A stretch of 64,000 bases of DNA. It comes from Eledone cirrhosa (taxonomy: Eukaryota). Each line of letters starts with the position of its first letter. Position 1 is the stretch's first letter. The notes beneath the pieces are model-generated. The model saw only the letters and a program-made list of their open reading frames with translations. It did no database searches and was not told the origin of the DNA. Both the position numbers and the translations under genes were made by a program. Location: NCBI GenBank assembly GCA_964016885.1, contig OZ024748.1, positions 55,738,001 through 55,802,000 on the forward strand, written 5' to 3'. Below are positions 60,675 through 64,000 of this stretch, in pieces.

Positions 60675-61942
60675 ATATATATATATATATATATGCTAGT
60701 ATGATTGAGTACACACACACACACACACGCACACACGTACACACACACACATACATACATACATACATACATACATACATACATACATACATACATACAT
60801 ACATACATACATACATACATACATACATACATACATACATACATACATGCATATACAATCATTCAGGGCAATTAGCTAACTTCTTAACTGTGTATGAGTT
60901 CAAGTTTAAACAAAATGAACTCGAAGAAAATCACGTTTCCAATGGTTTCAATCTGTTAGAGTACTAATAATTAATCGATGAGACTTCAAATAAACATATA
61001 GATTTCCGTTATTGTTATTTAGTAATGTCAGCATGCCCTGTTTTTAACAACGTGTCATCTAAATGCATTAAGTAAATGCTGTTATTGATTTTCACATTTA
61101 ATTTTGCAGAAAAAGACTTATACTTTAGCTGAGTGAGAAAATGAAAGAGTGTAATGTTTAGGTTTTCTTTAACTAAATTATTACTTAGCTAAACAATCTG
61201 CGTATATTTAATGTCTTTCTTATCTATCTGCGTATATTTATACACAATATAGCAGGATTTGATTTCGCATAAAACGTTGTAGTGGGTTGTTACTCATAAT
61301 CAGTATGGATCAGTAAAGACAATAATGCAACATGTCCGTATAAGTTTGTATATAATATATAGTTAGAGAGAGAGAGAGAGAGATTTAAGGAGTTAGCACA
61401 AATGAGTTGAAAATATGATTAGAGAGAGTAAATTAATGAGTTAATAAAGATGAGTTGAAAATATATTTAGAGAAAGGGAAATGAGTTAACACTCAGGAGT
61501 TGAATATTTAGTCAGAGAGATCTAATGAGTTAACACTGATGAGTTTAACATGTTGTGAAAAGTAGATTGTGTATAGTCAAAGTTAAATAACATGATTACA
61601 TAAATAATTGTAAAGTTTTATGAACTTAAGTAACAATGTCCTAATATTACGAAAATATAATTATCTTGTAAGGGATATTATAGATTGGGACTGAGCCGGT
61701 GTAGTATTTTGACATGAAGAAAAACAAAAATTGCACATACTGTTTCAATCCATTGATATTTCATGGGCTGATCATTGATGTTCCCTCTCCAAAGCACCGT
61801 TGTTCTATTCTACCTACACTAGTGGTGGTTGCTTAAGTAACACAAGAGATCTCAACATGAATGGACCAGTTATTTTTATCTAAAAACATATTTTCCAATT
61901 CCAACCCGCCCGTCCCCTCAATCTATCTTATTTCTCATTCTT

Positions 61943-61978
61943 TCTTCTGATCAAGGAATATCGTCCGAAACGTTAAGA
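61943..61978 (+). ncRNA. Minimal hammerhead with G8C change (family I)
   Basis: TCTT-CTGATCA-A-GGA-ATATCG-TCC-GAAA-CG-TT-AAGA. The tail resembles 29023-29088 and 7555-7605. Confidence 0.6.
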
Positions 61979-62083
61979 CCCTCTTCCTGCTATATCAAGC
62001 GTTAACCTAATATATTGTATATACTGTACCGATTGTGTTATTTTTTCTGTTTACCTTTTACATACATATTATACCATATACAT

Positions 62084-62146
<63 letters not shown>

Positions 62147-62376
62147 CAATAGTAAAAACGAGATTAACACAGATAAGCTGTACAGTGTGGTATACTTCTA
62201 GCATTTAAATATATCTCATTGCCTGGTTGCCGTCTTCAAATCACTATTCTCAATTATCAATTCAATTATCAAATTCAAATACAAAGGTATATATTACGTT
62301 AATGGCAAATTTCCGAAACATTCCTCGTTATAGGCTGCTCTAGCCCTGAACTAGGGAAACGGAAAAATGAGATATC

Positions 62377-62410
<34 letters not shown>

Positions 62411-62765
62411 GAATTTAAAGTGTTAATAAATCCCACACGAGTAAGTAAACATAGGAAAAAACACTCCAATTGCTTTTACAACTTATTTCTAATATAGAAG
62501 TTATCGAGCGAAACATTTGCTTGGGAGAGGGTTTCTCTTAGTTTCTCTTCTCTGAAGACCTTCAGCTGTCCAGCTCTCCTAAGAGTTTCTTACTACAACA
62601 ACAACAACTATTACTACTACTAAATATATATATCAAAAGTAGAAGAGTATATATTTTTAATGTGTGTTATTTGATATACCACTAAGTACCAGTAATGCAC
62701 TGGGTAATTGCTGGCCTTGTGCCTAAAGGAGAAACAGTTATTTGATATACCTCTTCTAACTCTGA

Positions 62766-62814
<49 letters not shown>

Positions 62815-62825
62815 GAAAGTGTTGA

Positions 62826-62995
62826 GAGCCCGACGACTGGATATTTCTGTTTCAAGAGGTAGTTCCAGCTGTTGAAACGGCAACAGCTCAGCCGTCCGCG
62901 TCCCGACGCTTTCATATAACAATACTATACTACGCCAAGTATCAAGTACTCTGGTGAGTAATAGTCTAACACGATTCTTACTGAATCAATCGTGA
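62826..62995 (+). mobile_element. Old family A copy
   Basis: GAAACGGCAACAGCTCAGCCGTC..TACTAC...AAGTATCAAGTACTCTGGTG. Confidence 0.6.
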
Positions 62996-62998
62996 TAA

Positions 62999-63263
<265 letters not shown>

Positions 63264-63339
63264 ACTGGGTAAGTCAAATTATTATAGCATAAAACTTATT
63301 TATAGTTCTATTTCTCTAATTACACTGAGGAGAGCAACT

Positions 63340-63600
63340 GTGATATTGCATCAGTGAGATGTGCTAGAAACTGCAGGCAAATTTTCCTCGAAAAGCACCA
63401 TCTTGAAACAGGATGAGTATGTAGTAAATTGTAATCCTGCTACAACATGTTTGAAGACAAGTTGTGGTTGTCATGCATGGATCACTTTGATAATAGGTTT
63501 CCTTTTTCAGAGTTGACCCAGTGCTAAACGTCAGCAGTAGTAAAATATGCTGATTTGAGCAATGAGAATGAATCGAATAACAATATGGAAAACAATATGT
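63340..63600 (-). pseudogene. Possible decayed hAT (Buster/Charlie-like) transposase fragment
   Basis: FPYCYSIHSHCSNQHILL loosely resembles HC..HQ..L, and QDYNLLHTHPVSRWCFSRKICLQF loosely resembles LLLHTEVRWLS.G..L.RF. The two are in different frames. Confidence 0.4.
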
Positions 63601-63857
63601 ATGAAACTGCATTAAAGTCTTACGTGAAATCAATTAGAAATGAAAGTGGACGGTTTAAATGGAAGCACAGCATATCAAACGCACAAAACAAAAAGTTATT
63701 GACCATCTATTGTTTTATATATTCGTAGCCTGTGTTGTGGACATGTTAACTTATTAATGTCATATCAGCAAATGAAACCAGTATTGTGCCGGAAACCTGA
63801 TTTGTTTCGGTTAGATTGGTTTTCGTATTTTTTTGTTGTTTGTATTGTTGATCCGTT

Positions 63858-63870
63858 GCCGTTGTTGTTG

Positions 63871-63935
<65 letters not shown>

Positions 63936-63997
63936 GTTGTCGTTATTATTATTTTTATTATTGTTATTATGATCATCATTAATATTATTATTATTAT
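63858..63997. repeat. (TTG)n/(TTA)n trinucleotide repeat
   Basis: Seen directly. Confidence 0.95.
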
Positions 63998-64000
63998 CGG

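Noticed and set aside
62523-62572. Minus-strand hammerhead candidate CTGAAGG-TCTT..AAGA-GAAA-CCCTC
   Set aside because: A9 is changed, stem I pairs poorly and there is no second copy to confirm it.

Overview
This is very AT-rich, repeat-saturated animal DNA, either intergenic or intronic. The (TA)n/(TG)n load and the SINE types suggest an octopus-like cephalopod, which is an inference. I found no host protein-coding gene; nearly all listed ORFs are microsatellite artefacts (YI, CV or F runs). Real coding remnants are all transposon-derived: a CRE-type RLE endonuclease, two RTE-type LINE 3' ends (one with a 5' inversion), a CR1-type LINE 3' end with an open frame, a Chapaev3 (CMC) transposase with its left terminus, a Penelope-like GIY-YIG remnant and a possible hAT remnant. 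There are also about 15 copies of one tRNA-derived SINE and a pogo/Tigger-type MITE. The main signal is a set of short non-autonomous fold-back elements, from several unrelated families, sitting in (TA)n tracts. At least six families carry type I hammerhead-ribozyme motifs (CUGAnGA...GAAA...UH), mostly with very short, often palindromic stem III. Two families show compensatory base changes between copies, and one 430-bp palindrome encodes a complete hammerhead on each strand. This fits Penelope-like element pLTR derivatives. In several families the fold-back point lies at or next to ribozyme stem II. All folds were read by eye and ribozyme activity is untested.
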